From Thermoplasmata archaeon (GTDB lineage: Archaea > Thermoplasmatota > Thermoplasmata > Lutacidiplasmatales > UBA184): a stretch of DNA of 64,000 nt. The notes beneath the pieces are model-generated. The model did not search any database. It saw only the letters and a list, made by a program, of their open reading frames with translations, and was not told the origin of the DNA. Below, one piece after another: positions 16,271 to 25,357 of this stretch; the stretch's first letter is position 1; every line of letters starts with the position of its first letter. The translations under genes and the position numbers were made by a program. The DNA is taken from NCBI GenBank assembly GCA_035656255.1, contig DASRSV010000022.1:16630-80629 (forward strand), written 5' to 3'.

Positions 16271-17643
16271 GCTGGGGCCTCTTCCCGCGTTGCAACGTCG
16301 GCGACCCCGGCGGCCGAGCGGTGGCGAGAGAGAATCACGTAGTCGGGGTTGAGTTCGATACCGACGGATCTGCGGCCTAGTCGGCGCGCGACCGCGAGGA
16401 CGGTACCGCTTCCCGCGAAGGGGTCGAGAACGAGGCAAGGGACGGTGCCGGTGGTCTCACAGGAGCAGCGTTTGCGGAACCCCAAGTCAACCCGCCGGTA
16501 GCTCCCATCGTGCCACCCGGGGGCGTTGGCGACGGGGGCGCGGCCCGACACCAGCGGAGCCTCGAGTTTCTGCGCGTGGCCGATGGCGCCCCCAACGGCC
16601 CGGACTTCCCTCGACCAGGGAGTCCCGCACTTGGCGCACGCCCCGCGCTCGGAGGTTCCCGCCAGGATGCAGAGCTCGGGGAGCTTCTCCGGGAACGTGG
16701 CGAAGTGGGCCGCCCGGTAGGGCTGGGTCGGGATCCACCAGACCGACCGGAGGTTGCGACCTGAGGGGGTCGTGTTTCGCAACATTGGGAATCGCCGAAA
16801 GTCCCCCTCGGGATGCTTCGAGTGGGAGCCGCGATTATCGGTTGGGTTTGGTAGATGATGTCGGAGCCTTTGGAGCGTGCTCTCCTGAAGGGGCTCGCGG
16901 ACCGCGTACGTGTCGTAGAAGTAGCGTCTCGACTTCGTGAGAAGGAAGACCGAGTCGTGGGCCCGGGTGGGCCGATCCTTGACCGCCTCCGGCATCGGAT
17001 TCGGCTTCGCCCAAACACAATCGGACCTAAGCCACCAGCCCCGGCGTTGCAGCTCGAAAGCGACTCGCCAAGGAATCCCCACGAGATCCTTCGGCTTCAG
17101 TCCGGGCGCCCGCTTGTCGATCCGACCGGCCTGTTCGGCCCCCGTGTGGTTCCGGTTGGATAGCGTCGAGGCCTTCCATCGCTTCTCGCCGGTGAGTCCA
17201 GATGGGTGGGTGGCATAGGTATCGCCGAGGTTCAGCCAGAGCGTCCCGTCGGGCCGCAAGACCCGGCGGACTTCGTCGAAGACGCCCGCGAGATGCTCCA
17301 CGAATCCTTCGGGGGTGGGCTCCAAGCCGAGCTGGCCGAGCCACCCTCCGCACTTCCGGCAGGTTGAACCGCCCTGCGAAGCGTCGTAAGGGTCGCTCTC
17401 ACTTGGCCGAGCGGGCCCACCGTTTGTGCCATCCGCATCGCGCTGGCGCTGCGGCTGCGCCAGCTCCCATTCGTGGTTACAAGCCGCCAGTCCGCCCCAT
17501 CTGATCGGTCGGAGCCCGTAGTCTCGAAGTCCCCAGTACGGGGGGGACGTGACAATGCAGTGGATCGAGTCGTGCGGGAGGCAGCGCAGGATGTCCAGAA
17601 CGTCCCCCTCGAGGATGACCGGAGTCGGGTCATCCGGGATCAC
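16267..17643 (-). CDS. Site-specific DNA methyltransferase (N4-C/N6-A, beta-type motif order), copy 2
   Basis: VTSPPYWGLRDY N-terminal and DPFAGSGT C-terminal. GGAGG before GTG 17643, which overlaps the upstream stop. Confidence 0.92.
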   Translation of the reverse strand: MIPDDPTPVILEGDVLDILRCLPHDSIHCIVTSPPYWGLRDYGLRPIRWGGLAACNHEWELAQPQRQRDADGTNGGPARPSESDPYDASQGGSTCRKCGGWLGQLGLEPTPEGFVEHLAGVFDEVRRVLRPDGTLWLNLGDTYATHPSGLTGEKRWKASTLSNRNHTGAEQAGRIDKRAPGLKPKDLVGIPWRVAFELQRRGWWLRSDCVWAKPNPMPEAVKDRPTRAHDSVFLLTKSRRYFYDTYAVREPLQESTLQRLRHHLPNPTDNRGSHSKHPEGDFRRFPMLRNTTPSGRNLRSVWWIPTQPYRAAHFATFPEKLPELCILAGTSERGACAKCGTPWSREVRAVGGAIGHAQKLEAPLVSGRAPVANAPGWHDGSYRRVDLGFRKRCSCETTGTVPCLVLDPFAGSGTVLAVARRLGRRSVGIELNPDYVILSRHRSAAGVADVATREEAPA

Positions 17644-19016
17644 GCGGTTGCCTCCGCCGTATGACGGGGGATGGCAGAGGCGACGGGGAAACTCCGGAGG
17701 CGAGCCATCTCGACGTATTCCGGGTTCAGGTCGATACCGATCGACCTCCGCCCCAGCCGCCGGGCCGCCGCCAATACCGTCCCGCTCCCGGCGAAGGGAT
17801 CGAGGACGAGACACGGGACAACCCGGTCGCCCGGGCAGGCGCACCGCTTTCGGAAACCGAGGTCGATCCTTCGGTAGCTCCCGTCAAGATGACCGGGAGC
17901 CGTAATCCCCTGCACCCGACCGCGCGTGAGTGACTTGTCTGGGTACCAATCGTGCCCGATCGAACCGCCTTCGACTCGCACCTCGCGAGCCCAGGGTCTA
18001 CCGCACGAAGCGCAGGATCCGCGCTCGGAGGTTCCGGCTCGAATGCAGATGTCGGGAAGCGCCTCAGGGAACGTCGCGAAGTGAGCACCGGAGTATCCCC
18101 GGGTCGCAATCCACCAGACGGACCGGAGGTTCCGACCGCGCCCGGGCGGGAGCTCCGTGGCGACAGCCCGGGCGAGGCTCGAATTGGATCGGACGCCCGA
18201 GCCCGGGGTCGCTAGTTTACGGGCGGCCCGACCGCCCTTGGGGTGGGCTGCGCCGGAGACCGGCTCTCGGACGGCCTCGCCGTCGTAGAAGTACCGCCGC
18301 GATTTCGTGAGGATGAAGACGTACTCGTGCGAGCGGGTCGGACGATCCACGACCGATTCCGGCATCGGGTTTGGCTTCGCCCATACGCAATCGGAACGGA
18401 GCCACCAGCCCCTCCGTTGGAGCTCGAACGCGACCCTCCAAGGGATTCCTGCTAGGTCCTTCGGCTTGAGCTGGCCGTGGCGGGAAGCGCTTCTCCGCGC
18501 CCCACCCCTGCTGCGGATCTGGGAAAGGTCCCACCCAGGGGAGAACGCCTCGGCCGACGATCGGCATACCGGGCTGTCCGTGTGGAAGGTGTCGCCAAGA
18601 TTGAGCCAGAGCGTCCCGTCACGACGGAGAACTCGCCGGACCTCATCGAAGACCGCGCCGAGGTGGTCGACGTAGAGCTCGGGGGTTGGTTCCAGGCCCA
18701 GCTGTCCAAGCCAGCCGCCACATCGGACACACCCCTCCGTTGATCGGAGCTCGATGTTGGCCCCTGCATGGGCCGCCTGAACCGATCCGGGGTTCCGGAC
18801 GTCGTCGGGGGAGCGTTTTCGTCGCGGCGGGAGTTTTGCCCAACTGTGCCGGCACGACGAATCGCCGCCCCAGAGGACGGGGGGAAGACCGTAATCCCGG
18901 AGGCCCCAGTACGGAGGCGAGGTGACCACGCATTGGATTGAATCGTCGGGGAGTCGAGCGAGAACCTTCCCTACGTCGCCCTCGAGGATGGTCGGGGTAA
19001 GGTCCGTGGGGATCAC
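17640..19016 (-). CDS. Site-specific DNA methyltransferase (N4-C/N6-A, beta-type motif order), copy 1
   Basis: VTSPPYWGLRDY and DPFAGSGT. Paralog of the adjacent MTase. Confidence 0.92.
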   Translation of the reverse strand: MIPTDLTPTILEGDVGKVLARLPDDSIQCVVTSPPYWGLRDYGLPPVLWGGDSSCRHSWAKLPPRRKRSPDDVRNPGSVQAAHAGANIELRSTEGCVRCGGWLGQLGLEPTPELYVDHLGAVFDEVRRVLRRDGTLWLNLGDTFHTDSPVCRSSAEAFSPGWDLSQIRSRGGARRSASRHGQLKPKDLAGIPWRVAFELQRRGWWLRSDCVWAKPNPMPESVVDRPTRSHEYVFILTKSRRYFYDGEAVREPVSGAAHPKGGRAARKLATPGSGVRSNSSLARAVATELPPGRGRNLRSVWWIATRGYSGAHFATFPEALPDICIRAGTSERGSCASCGRPWAREVRVEGGSIGHDWYPDKSLTRGRVQGITAPGHLDGSYRRIDLGFRKRCACPGDRVVPCLVLDPFAGSGTVLAAARRLGRRSIGIDLNPEYVEMARLRSFPVASAIPRHTAEATA

Positions 19017-19282
19017 GTCGCCTCCTCAAGGTTCCGCCAGAAGCGTTCATTCCGGGCCGTACTCGCCCGCCGGATCCGGTGCTCGACGGCGACGTCACGA
19101 GCGAACTGGACTCGTGGGGCGAACTCCGCCCGCACTCGGTCCCACTCACTCCGAACGCGCCACTCCGGCTTGGTGAACTCCTCCACGACGGAGTTGAGCC
19201 GGGAAGCGTAGCCCTGAAGCAGGAGGACGACGTTTTCCAGTTCGCGGCGGCTGAGCAGCCGGAGCTCGACGGTCTCGCTCAT
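19013..19282 (-). CDS. 89-aa helical hypothetical protein
   Basis: MSETVELRLLSRRELENVVLLLQGY..., overlapping both neighbours by 4 nt. Start moved from 19789. Confidence 0.6.
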   Translation of the reverse strand: MSETVELRLLSRRELENVVLLLQGYASRLNSVVEEFTKPEWRVRSEWDRVRAEFAPRVQFARDVAVEHRIRRASTARNERFWRNLEEAT

Positions 19283-19872
19283 CCGGCGAGAGTCGCCTCC
19301 TGGTCGAGTGGTCGGCAGCCGAGGTTGCCTCGGAGGTAGTGGTAGTCGGGAACCCGAGTCGGCGGAGGGGCCGAATCGACGATGATCCACTCCTCTCCGT
19401 CGCTCCACGTTGGGCGGAGGAGACCGTTCTCGCAGAATCCGGCGATGACGTGGAGCCGTCGAGGGGGCCGGTAGCTCGGGAAGGTCTGGACGACCATCCG
19501 GTCGACCGCTGGAAACGGCGCGAGCCAGCCGAACGGGTGGGGGGCGTAGAAGACCCGCAGGGCCCGAATGGCGGCTTCGTCGACCTTGCGGGGAGCCGCA
19601 GCGCGCGCGCACACGCGCTGCCGCCAGCGGTAGGCCTCCAGCAGCTCCAAGAGCGTCGCGTCGGCGATAGGGGGCCGTCCTCCGGATCTGCCCCGGCCTC
19701 TCCCCCGACCTGAGGAGCCTACGAGGCCCCGCTGGGAGACGATCCGTTGGACGTGCCGGAACTCGGACCAAGTCCGGTCCGAGAGCCAAAGGTGGCGCTG
19801 GGAGGTGGGAGGGTGAGGGAGTTCCGGGCCCGGAACAGGGGCAGTTCCGGTACCGGAACTACCGTAGTTCAT
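19279..19872 (-). CDS. Hypothetical protein (~197 aa), possibly DNA-binding
   Basis: ATG 19872, stop overlaps the next start, basic GRGRGRG segment. No family recognised. Confidence 0.5.
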   Translation of the reverse strand: MNYGSSGTGTAPVPGPELPHPPTSQRHLWLSDRTWSEFRHVQRIVSQRGLVGSSGRGRGRGRSGGRPPIADATLLELLEAYRWRQRVCARAAAPRKVDEAAIRALRVFYAPHPFGWLAPFPAVDRMVVQTFPSYRPPRRLHVIAGFCENGLLRPTWSDGEEWIIVDSAPPPTRVPDYHYLRGNLGCRPLDQEATLAG

Positions 19873-19883
19873 GTCCCGGAACT
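19820..19883. repeat. Three tandem 18-bp palindromic units at a 23-bp period
   Basis: agttccgggcccggaaca (19820, perfect 16-bp palindromic core), agttccggtaccggaact (19843, perfect palindrome) and agttcatgtcccggaact (19866). The outer units each match the middle one at 15/18. Confidence 0.8.
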
Positions 19884-19967
19884 CGGGGGATTTAGAGAGG
19901 ATCGGGGAGCCCGGAACGGGCTCGGAGGGAGCCTTCACTGACGGAGACGACGGGCGTTGCACGAGAC

Positions 19968-20183
19968 TCACCCCGTGGCTCCCCGTGCGCGCGCGTACCC
20001 GGTGAGTCGGATTTCCACCAGTCCGGCTGCGAAGCCGTGGATCGGACAGAACGAGATGCGAAGAGTCAGATTGTGTTGGGCGTTCAGGCGACAGCGTTCG
20101 CAGACCAAGCGTGGAGCGATCAGGGCGGAGTCGGAGCTGCCCCGATCGACAAGGAAGGTAATCTCGGCGTACGGGAGGGTCAC
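19968..20183 (-). CDS. Small Zn-finger-like protein (71 aa)
   Basis: CERC...CPIH motif, first ORF of the leftward gene run. Confidence 0.55.
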   Translation of the reverse strand: MTLPYAEITFLVDRGSSDSALIAPRLVCERCRLNAQHNLTLRISFCPIHGFAAGLVEIRLTGYARARGATG

Positions 20184-20303
20184 CCGACCACCCCCGGCGA
20201 CGTTTCAAGGACCGCCCGCATGGCCCTGGTGGCGGCGGGAGTCTGGGCCTGTTCAGCCCGATTCCGAGCCGGTTTTCGGCTGGGTTCTATAAGAAAGTGG
20301 TTA

Positions 20304-20330
20304 TGGGCCCGGACGGATTCGAACCGACGA
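20304..20330 (-). repeat. Degenerate duplicate of a tRNA 3' end (att-like site)
   Basis: tgggcccggacggattcgaaccgacga matches tgggccgggacggattcgaaccgtcga at 22538 (25/27), covering the T-arm and the acceptor 3' strand only. Confidence 0.8.
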
Positions 20331-20403
20331 ATGTCTGGAACCGCGGATTCTCTGGCGTCCGCCCGGTCGATCGGAGGACGCCTCTCGCCGGGCGACCCGA
20401 CGG

Positions 20404-22260
20404 CTATCGCCTCTGACCGATCGGCTTGGGGGGGCGACGGCGAACCCAAACGACGACCAGAGCGATGCACACCGCCACGGCGACTTCGAGTGCGAGCCAG
20501 GCCAGAAGCGGCAGGCTTGCGAACACAGAAGTGTTCCCCGGTCGGACTGCTGGAGAGGCGGGAGGCGAAGGGGCCTGGGCGTGAATGACGGGTCCGGTCA
20601 CCATCGATCCCGCGACGGTGATGCTCGTCGACGAAGCGTTCCCCGAGTATCCGGCAGGGAGGGAGAAGCCGATGGAGTACGTCCCGTTCGACAGAAAGAA
20701 GACCAGCGAGTTGCTCGTTGAGCTCTTCGTCAGATTGAAGCCGGTCGAGAGGTTCGAGATGGTTACGCTCCAGTTGGAGCCCGGCGGAAGACCGAACTCG
20801 ACGAAGACGATCGGATAGGTGAGCGGCCGGAATCCCACCGCTACGATCAAATCGCTCCCGTTGATGAACGCGAGGCCGGAACTCGGAACAACATAACCCG
20901 CTACCGGGAGTACCACGTAACCGTACGTGCCGTTCGGCTCGGTGTAGGTCAGATTGCTCGTGAACGAGGTTTGGGACTCGCTCCCGATGAGGACTCCCCA
21001 ACCAGATCCGGTGGGCAGTCCGGTTTCGTGAAAGACGAGCTGATAGCTCACCCGGTGAAATACGACAGAGACGCTCGTCCCAAATCCCTCGACCGCAACT
21101 GTTCCGATGGACGGATTGGCCGTGCTCAGGTTCGATTGATAGCCAGGCGCCTCAGCGACAAAGCTGTACGTTCCGGGATGAACTGAGTATTGGATTTGCG
21201 TGCCGGTCGTGGCGGTTTTTGATCCGTTCAGCGTGATGGACCAGGGGGTCCCGGGTGGCAAGCCGCTCCGGACGAACGTAACGGGGAACCATTGGGCGCT
21301 CCAATTGATCGACGGTGTCAGGTACGCGTTCTGAACGATCTTCGTCGTGTTGTCCTGAACGAATGAGAGCACGCTCAGGTTGAACCGGTTCCACGTAGAG
21401 TTGAGCGGTTCCGTCGCGTTAAAGCCCAAGGTCTGGCCCATCGTGACCGTCATCGGGTGGTTGTGGACGGTGGCCCGGACGACGTAACCGATGCTGTGCG
21501 GCCCGTACCCGTTCGAGACGCCGGTCTTGTTGATGTACTCGAGGAGGTAGGTGATCACGTTGTACGTCCCGTTGACCCCCGACGTGATCCCCACGGCCGC
21601 ACGGACAGTCGTGCCGGAGAGGACCACCGTCTGCGCGATGGAGACGTTCCCTGGTACCTTCGAGGCGTTCTGGATGGCGTCCCAATAGACGTTCTGCGAG
21701 TACGCCTCGGTACTGCCCTCCTGGCCGATCAGCCCGTGCTGGCCGTCGAAAAAGACGGTCGGATAGCCCTGAAGATGGTAGTAGGCGCCGCGAGCGTCGG
21801 TCGTCCCGTCAGGCGGAACGTATGCCTCGAGGCAATTCGGGGGCGGCGCTGCGCATCCGTGCAACTCGGCGATGGCAACCACTGAGGGGCTTTGTTGCTG
21901 GTCGATGTTGTAGAGCGCCTGCGACTCGTCCGGACAGTAGTGGCACCAGACCCCGGTGAAGGCTTCAACGAGTACCGTCCTTGGATACGGGCCAACTGCC
22001 GCCGGACGATCCGATCGGGCGCCGTGCGTATCCGCAGGAGTGGCCTGTCGAGCGGTTACTTGGGAAGGCTGTAACACAGTACTAGCAGATCGAGGAGGAG
22101 GCGAGTAGCCCGATCGATCCGGCGTGGCCGGATTCGGAGCGTGCGACAGGTTCGCCCAAACGCCTGCCCTCGCGATCGAGGGTGTCGCGGCGCCGAGAAG
22201 GACGACCACCCCGAGGAGCGTGGCAGTCACGCCGATCCCGGCCCTTGGAACACCGGACAT
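20404..22260 (-). CDS. Surface-anchored protein with Omp28-like thioredoxin (CxxC) domain, GLPxG repeats and C-terminal TM
   Basis: Signal-like N-terminus from ATG 22260, VLVEAFTGVWCHYCP, three vxFxExGLPxGxxW repeats, TM helix followed by RRRP. Confidence 0.8.
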   Translation of the reverse strand: MSGVPRAGIGVTATLLGVVVLLGAATPSIARAGVWANLSHAPNPATPDRSGYSPPPRSASTVLQPSQVTARQATPADTHGARSDRPAAVGPYPRTVLVEAFTGVWCHYCPDESQALYNIDQQQSPSVVAIAELHGCAAPPPNCLEAYVPPDGTTDARGAYYHLQGYPTVFFDGQHGLIGQEGSTEAYSQNVYWDAIQNASKVPGNVSIAQTVVLSGTTVRAAVGITSGVNGTYNVITYLLEYINKTGVSNGYGPHSIGYVVRATVHNHPMTVTMGQTLGFNATEPLNSTWNRFNLSVLSFVQDNTTKIVQNAYLTPSINWSAQWFPVTFVRSGLPPGTPWSITLNGSKTATTGTQIQYSVHPGTYSFVAEAPGYQSNLSTANPSIGTVAVEGFGTSVSVVFHRVSYQLVFHETGLPTGSGWGVLIGSESQTSFTSNLTYTEPNGTYGYVVLPVAGYVVPSSGLAFINGSDLIVAVGFRPLTYPIVFVEFGLPPGSNWSVTISNLSTGFNLTKSSTSNSLVFFLSNGTYSIGFSLPAGYSGNASSTSITVAGSMVTGPVIHAQAPSPPASPAVRPGNTSVFASLPLLAWLALEVAVAVCIALVVVWVRRRPPKPIGQRR

Positions 22261-22537
22261 CCGACCGTGAATTCGGTCGACGCTCGGTGCGGCTAAAGAC
22301 CTCTCCAACGAAGCTGCGACGCAGCCGGCGGCACGGGTTCCATGTCCCCGTTCAACGACGCGGCGGACCGAGCCGCGCCCTCCCTCCAACGCCCTCTGAG
22401 GGCGTGAAGCTCAGCTACCGAAGTTCGCCGCTCCTCGATCTGAACTCGGAGCGCAGAATGCGACCTAGCGGTTCGAGGCCGCGGGCGGGTGAGTTACCCG
22501 TGATTTCGCGAGGCAAGAGGGCGAATATCCCTCTCGA

Positions 22538-22610
22538 TGGGCCGGGACGGATTCGAACCGTCGAGCTCCGCGTTGTAAGCGCGGCGTCCTCACCGCTAGA
22601 CCACCGGCCC
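22538..22610 (-). tRNA. tRNA-Val(TAC)
   Basis: GGGCCGG/CCGGCCC-A acceptor stem, anticodon arm CCGCG-CTTACAA-CGCGG, T-loop GGTTCGAATCC. Confidence 0.95.
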
Positions 22611-22732
22611 ATCGGCGGGACCGAGTCCGGTACAAAGTTACTGCTGGCCACCGGACTGCGTCAGACCGTGGTCCCGCCACGATGCGGCTCCCGGTCCCTC
22701 GAAGATCCCGGTCTCTCCCGAAGGAGGGACCC

Positions 22733-23356
22733 TCATGGGACGGGAGGCGAACCGGCAGGCGCCGCGGCCCGGACCCAAGGACCCCGAATCTCGGCGAGCC
22801 GTGTCCAGCCGGCCCACCGTTTCTCGAGAAGCGCGTCGACCGTCCACCGACTCGGACCGAAGGTCGCGTTGATGACGATCAGCCCGACGAACATCAGGGC
22901 GTACACCACGCCGGTCCCGGCGTCCGTCCCGCCGGAGCCGAAACTGTACGGTCCGCCGAACCCCTCGGGCACGGCCCAGATCAGGAGGCTCAGCACGATG
23001 CCTCCGGTGTAGGCGATCTTCCGGAGGAACCCGAGGACGAGGGCCGCTCCCAGCGCGAGCTCGACGATCCCCACGGTATCCACGATCGCCGCGGAGTTCG
23101 CGTTCGCCTGGGCGTACCAGAAGGAGTACCATCCCGACAGCCAGCCCGGCGCGTTCGCCCCGGCGTTCTGGACCGCGCCCGGGAAGCTCGCCACAAACCC
23201 CGACGTGAACTTGAGCGTCCCGTCGATCAGCCAGAGGACGCCGAAGACGATCGCGAGCCCGCGCTTCAGCACCGAGACGTTCCGCACGATCCACGTATCG
23301 AGCCGAACCTGAACGAACATCTTCGTCGCTCCCCTTCCGGAGGTGACGGGGGCCAC
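22733..23356 (-). CDS. DoxX/TQO-small-subunit-like membrane protein
   Basis: LAIVFGVLWLIDGTLKF, VELALGAALVLG, LIWAVPEGFGGPY. Confidence 0.75.
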   Translation of the reverse strand: MAPVTSGRGATKMFVQVRLDTWIVRNVSVLKRGLAIVFGVLWLIDGTLKFTSGFVASFPGAVQNAGANAPGWLSGWYSFWYAQANANSAAIVDTVGIVELALGAALVLGFLRKIAYTGGIVLSLLIWAVPEGFGGPYSFGSGGTDAGTGVVYALMFVGLIVINATFGPSRWTVDALLEKRWAGWTRLAEIRGPWVRAAAPAGSPPVP

Positions 23357-23439
23357 TGCCTCCTTATTCGATAGCGGGGCGCGGGCGGGGGGCGCTCGCC
23401 CCCCCGAGCAGAGCCGTCGAGGCTATCCCCCACCCACGG

Positions 23440-25311
23440 CTAGCGAGAGGAACCGACCTGAGCCGTCGGCGCGCCCGGAGTCGCGGACCCACCGGCACGA
23501 TGGCGCACGGTAACCGCGCGCCCGCGCCGGAGTTCGGTCATCAGTCGACCCGGAAGTTCCGCCTCGCCCACGGCGAACGGGGCGTTGTCGCGGACGAGCG
23601 TGACGGCGTCGCCCACGCGGATCGCCGGGTCCGCCTCCGCTACGCCCCCCACGAACAGGTCGCCCCGGAGCTCGAAACCGGGGGCGACGGTCACCGCGAG
23701 CGCCCCGGCGGAACCTGCCCGGCGGGCTCCCGGGACGGTGAGCTGGAACAGTCCGCGCTCTTCCCGCCAGGTGGCGAGATCGACGCCCCCTCCGTCCGAG
23801 AGGCGTTGGAACCACGGCCGCCCGTGCAGCCGAACCGGCGGAGCGAACAGCGACTCGGCGAACGCGCGTCCGAACTGGAAGGCAGCGACCTCACGGAGCT
23901 CCTCGAGAACCGTCGAGATCGGGCCCGGGCGTTCGGTCGAGTTCAGGGCGGGGTCGGCCCCGAGGTCCCGACGCAGGCGGTCGATCGACCCCGGGGCGGT
24001 CGGGCGGTCGCCTTCGGACGTCCATGCGGCAGCGAACTCGGTCGGGATCCCATCCGTGATGAAGCCGTACTCTTGGGCATCCAGGTGGACGACGACCCGG
24101 TCGTACCGACCGCGGTCGAGGAGGTGCCTCAGGAGGCCGACGACACGCTCGCGCTCTTCCTGAGCCCAGGTGTGGGTGACGGGAATGTCGTAGTGGCGCG
24201 CGGGGTAGACGTCCTCGAGCTCGCGCGGGACGAGCCCGAGAGGGGAAGTGACGGATACGACGTGGATGCGATGGGGAGCAGCGAGCCCCTCCCACGCCCG
24301 TGCAATAGCGCGGTGCGTTCGCGAGTTCCGGTACGGCTTCGTCCGGGAGCAGGGGACGACGAGGAGCACCTTCTTCGAAGCCGGCGGGACGTACCGCCTC
24401 CGCAGTCGGTCGATGAAGCGGGCGACCTCAGGCCGTCGATGCGACTCGGCGAACACGTAGGAGACGGGGGCGGAAGCGGTGACCGGGGTTCGTTCTTCGA
24501 GGAGGTCCGCGAGCTCTCGGTCGGCGTAGCGGAGCAGTTCGGCGAGGGCTGGCTCGGCGACCTGACGGGCTTCGGCGAGGTCGCGCAGGCGATGGTGGCT
24601 TGCCGCCGCGCGGACGAAGCCGATCTCCTGGGACATCCGGTCGACGGCGCACCGGATCCGCCCGCTCGAGCCCCCGGAGGAGCACGTCGGACACACCGCG
24701 TCGGAGAACGTCGAGGCTTCGGCGGAGATGGGACCGAGCTGGGCGTCGAGGTGGAACGCACGGAGCGCCCACGCCACGGCTTCGTGGTTCGTTACGAGGT
24801 CGACTCCGAGGTAGGCGAGCAGGGCGAGCCGATGGGGCAGCGCGACGCGGGGGATCCAGAGGAGCGGATGGGAGCCCAGACGCCGGCGGATGTCGCCGAC
24901 TGCCAGGACGAACGGCCGCCCCTCGTCGTAGAGCGCGGCCGCGTTCGCGAGGACGACCGCGTCGGGCCGGCCGGCCCGAGCATTCTCCCAGCCCGCATCG
25001 GGAAGCGGCCAATGGATCGATACGACCCCCTCGCCGACCTTCGCGGCCTCCGTCGGAGGCGCGCCGACCTCCGGCGCCGGGATCGGAAAGTCGAGCACGA
25101 ACCGGGAGCGGCCGTCGGTGAGCACGTTCTCGCGATGAAGCATCGCCCATCCGGCGGGCGAACCCGGCTCGATACCCAGCCCGGCGGAGTCGAACGGCAC
25201 TCCCTCGACCCCGCGGACCGGGAGCAGCCCCGGTGTCGCGATGCGGAACGGACCGAGGTCGGCCCGGCTTGGGGTCGAGAGTCCTTCCAGCCGCTCGACC
25301 TCCCGGGGCAT
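23440..25311 (-). CDS. arcS: Archaeosine synthase subunit alpha (TGT-paralog domain + DUF5591 + PUA)
   Basis: LVVPCSRTKPYRNSRTH, VTSPLGLVPRELE..YPA.HYDIPVT, C-terminal PUA (DPAIRVGDAV..GEAEL). Start moved to 25311. Confidence 0.88.
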   Translation of the reverse strand: MPREVERLEGLSTPSRADLGPFRIATPGLLPVRGVEGVPFDSAGLGIEPGSPAGWAMLHRENVLTDGRSRFVLDFPIPAPEVGAPPTEAAKVGEGVVSIHWPLPDAGWENARAGRPDAVVLANAAALYDEGRPFVLAVGDIRRRLGSHPLLWIPRVALPHRLALLAYLGVDLVTNHEAVAWALRAFHLDAQLGPISAEASTFSDAVCPTCSSGGSSGRIRCAVDRMSQEIGFVRAAASHHRLRDLAEARQVAEPALAELLRYADRELADLLEERTPVTASAPVSYVFAESHRRPEVARFIDRLRRRYVPPASKKVLLVVPCSRTKPYRNSRTHRAIARAWEGLAAPHRIHVVSVTSPLGLVPRELEDVYPARHYDIPVTHTWAQEERERVVGLLRHLLDRGRYDRVVVHLDAQEYGFITDGIPTEFAAAWTSEGDRPTAPGSIDRLRRDLGADPALNSTERPGPISTVLEELREVAAFQFGRAFAESLFAPPVRLHGRPWFQRLSDGGGVDLATWREERGLFQLTVPGARRAGSAGALAVTVAPGFELRGDLFVGGVAEADPAIRVGDAVTLVRDNAPFAVGEAELPGRLMTELRRGRAVTVRHRAGGSATPGAPTAQVGSSR

Positions 25312-25357
25312 GGGCCGAGGAGCAGGGGAACCGACCGTAAGCGGTTCGGCCGGCGGG

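Larger units (their letters stand above)
1..20330. mobile_element. Integrated provirus-like element / genomic island, truncated at the left window edge
   Basis: Virus-like membrane module, defence/modification cargo, orphan MTases and a serine recombinase, with no housekeeping genes. The central part is visibly more AT-rich than the flanks. The right end coincides with a duplicated tRNA 3' end. No integrase is seen in the window. Confidence 0.75.

Noticed and set aside
19820-19883. Mini CRISPR array
   Set aside because: Units are 18 bp with only 5-bp gaps, far too short for spacers, and no cas genes are present.
20304-20520. Possible second, intron-containing tRNA
   Set aside because: No matching 5' acceptor strand, D-arm or anticodon arm found nearby, and the T-stem is mispaired. 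Treated as an att-like remnant.
22389-22533. Hairpins acgccctc-t-gagggcgt and agaggg-cgaatat-ccctct downstream of tRNA-Val as a structured ncRNA
   Set aside because: Short stems are common at this GC content, and no known RNA family pattern is recognisable.
23440-25311. arcS as part of the island's modification system
   Set aside because: It lies outside the att/tRNA boundary among housekeeping genes with host-like composition. Proximity may be coincidental, though it is relevant as a sign of the host preQ0 pathway.
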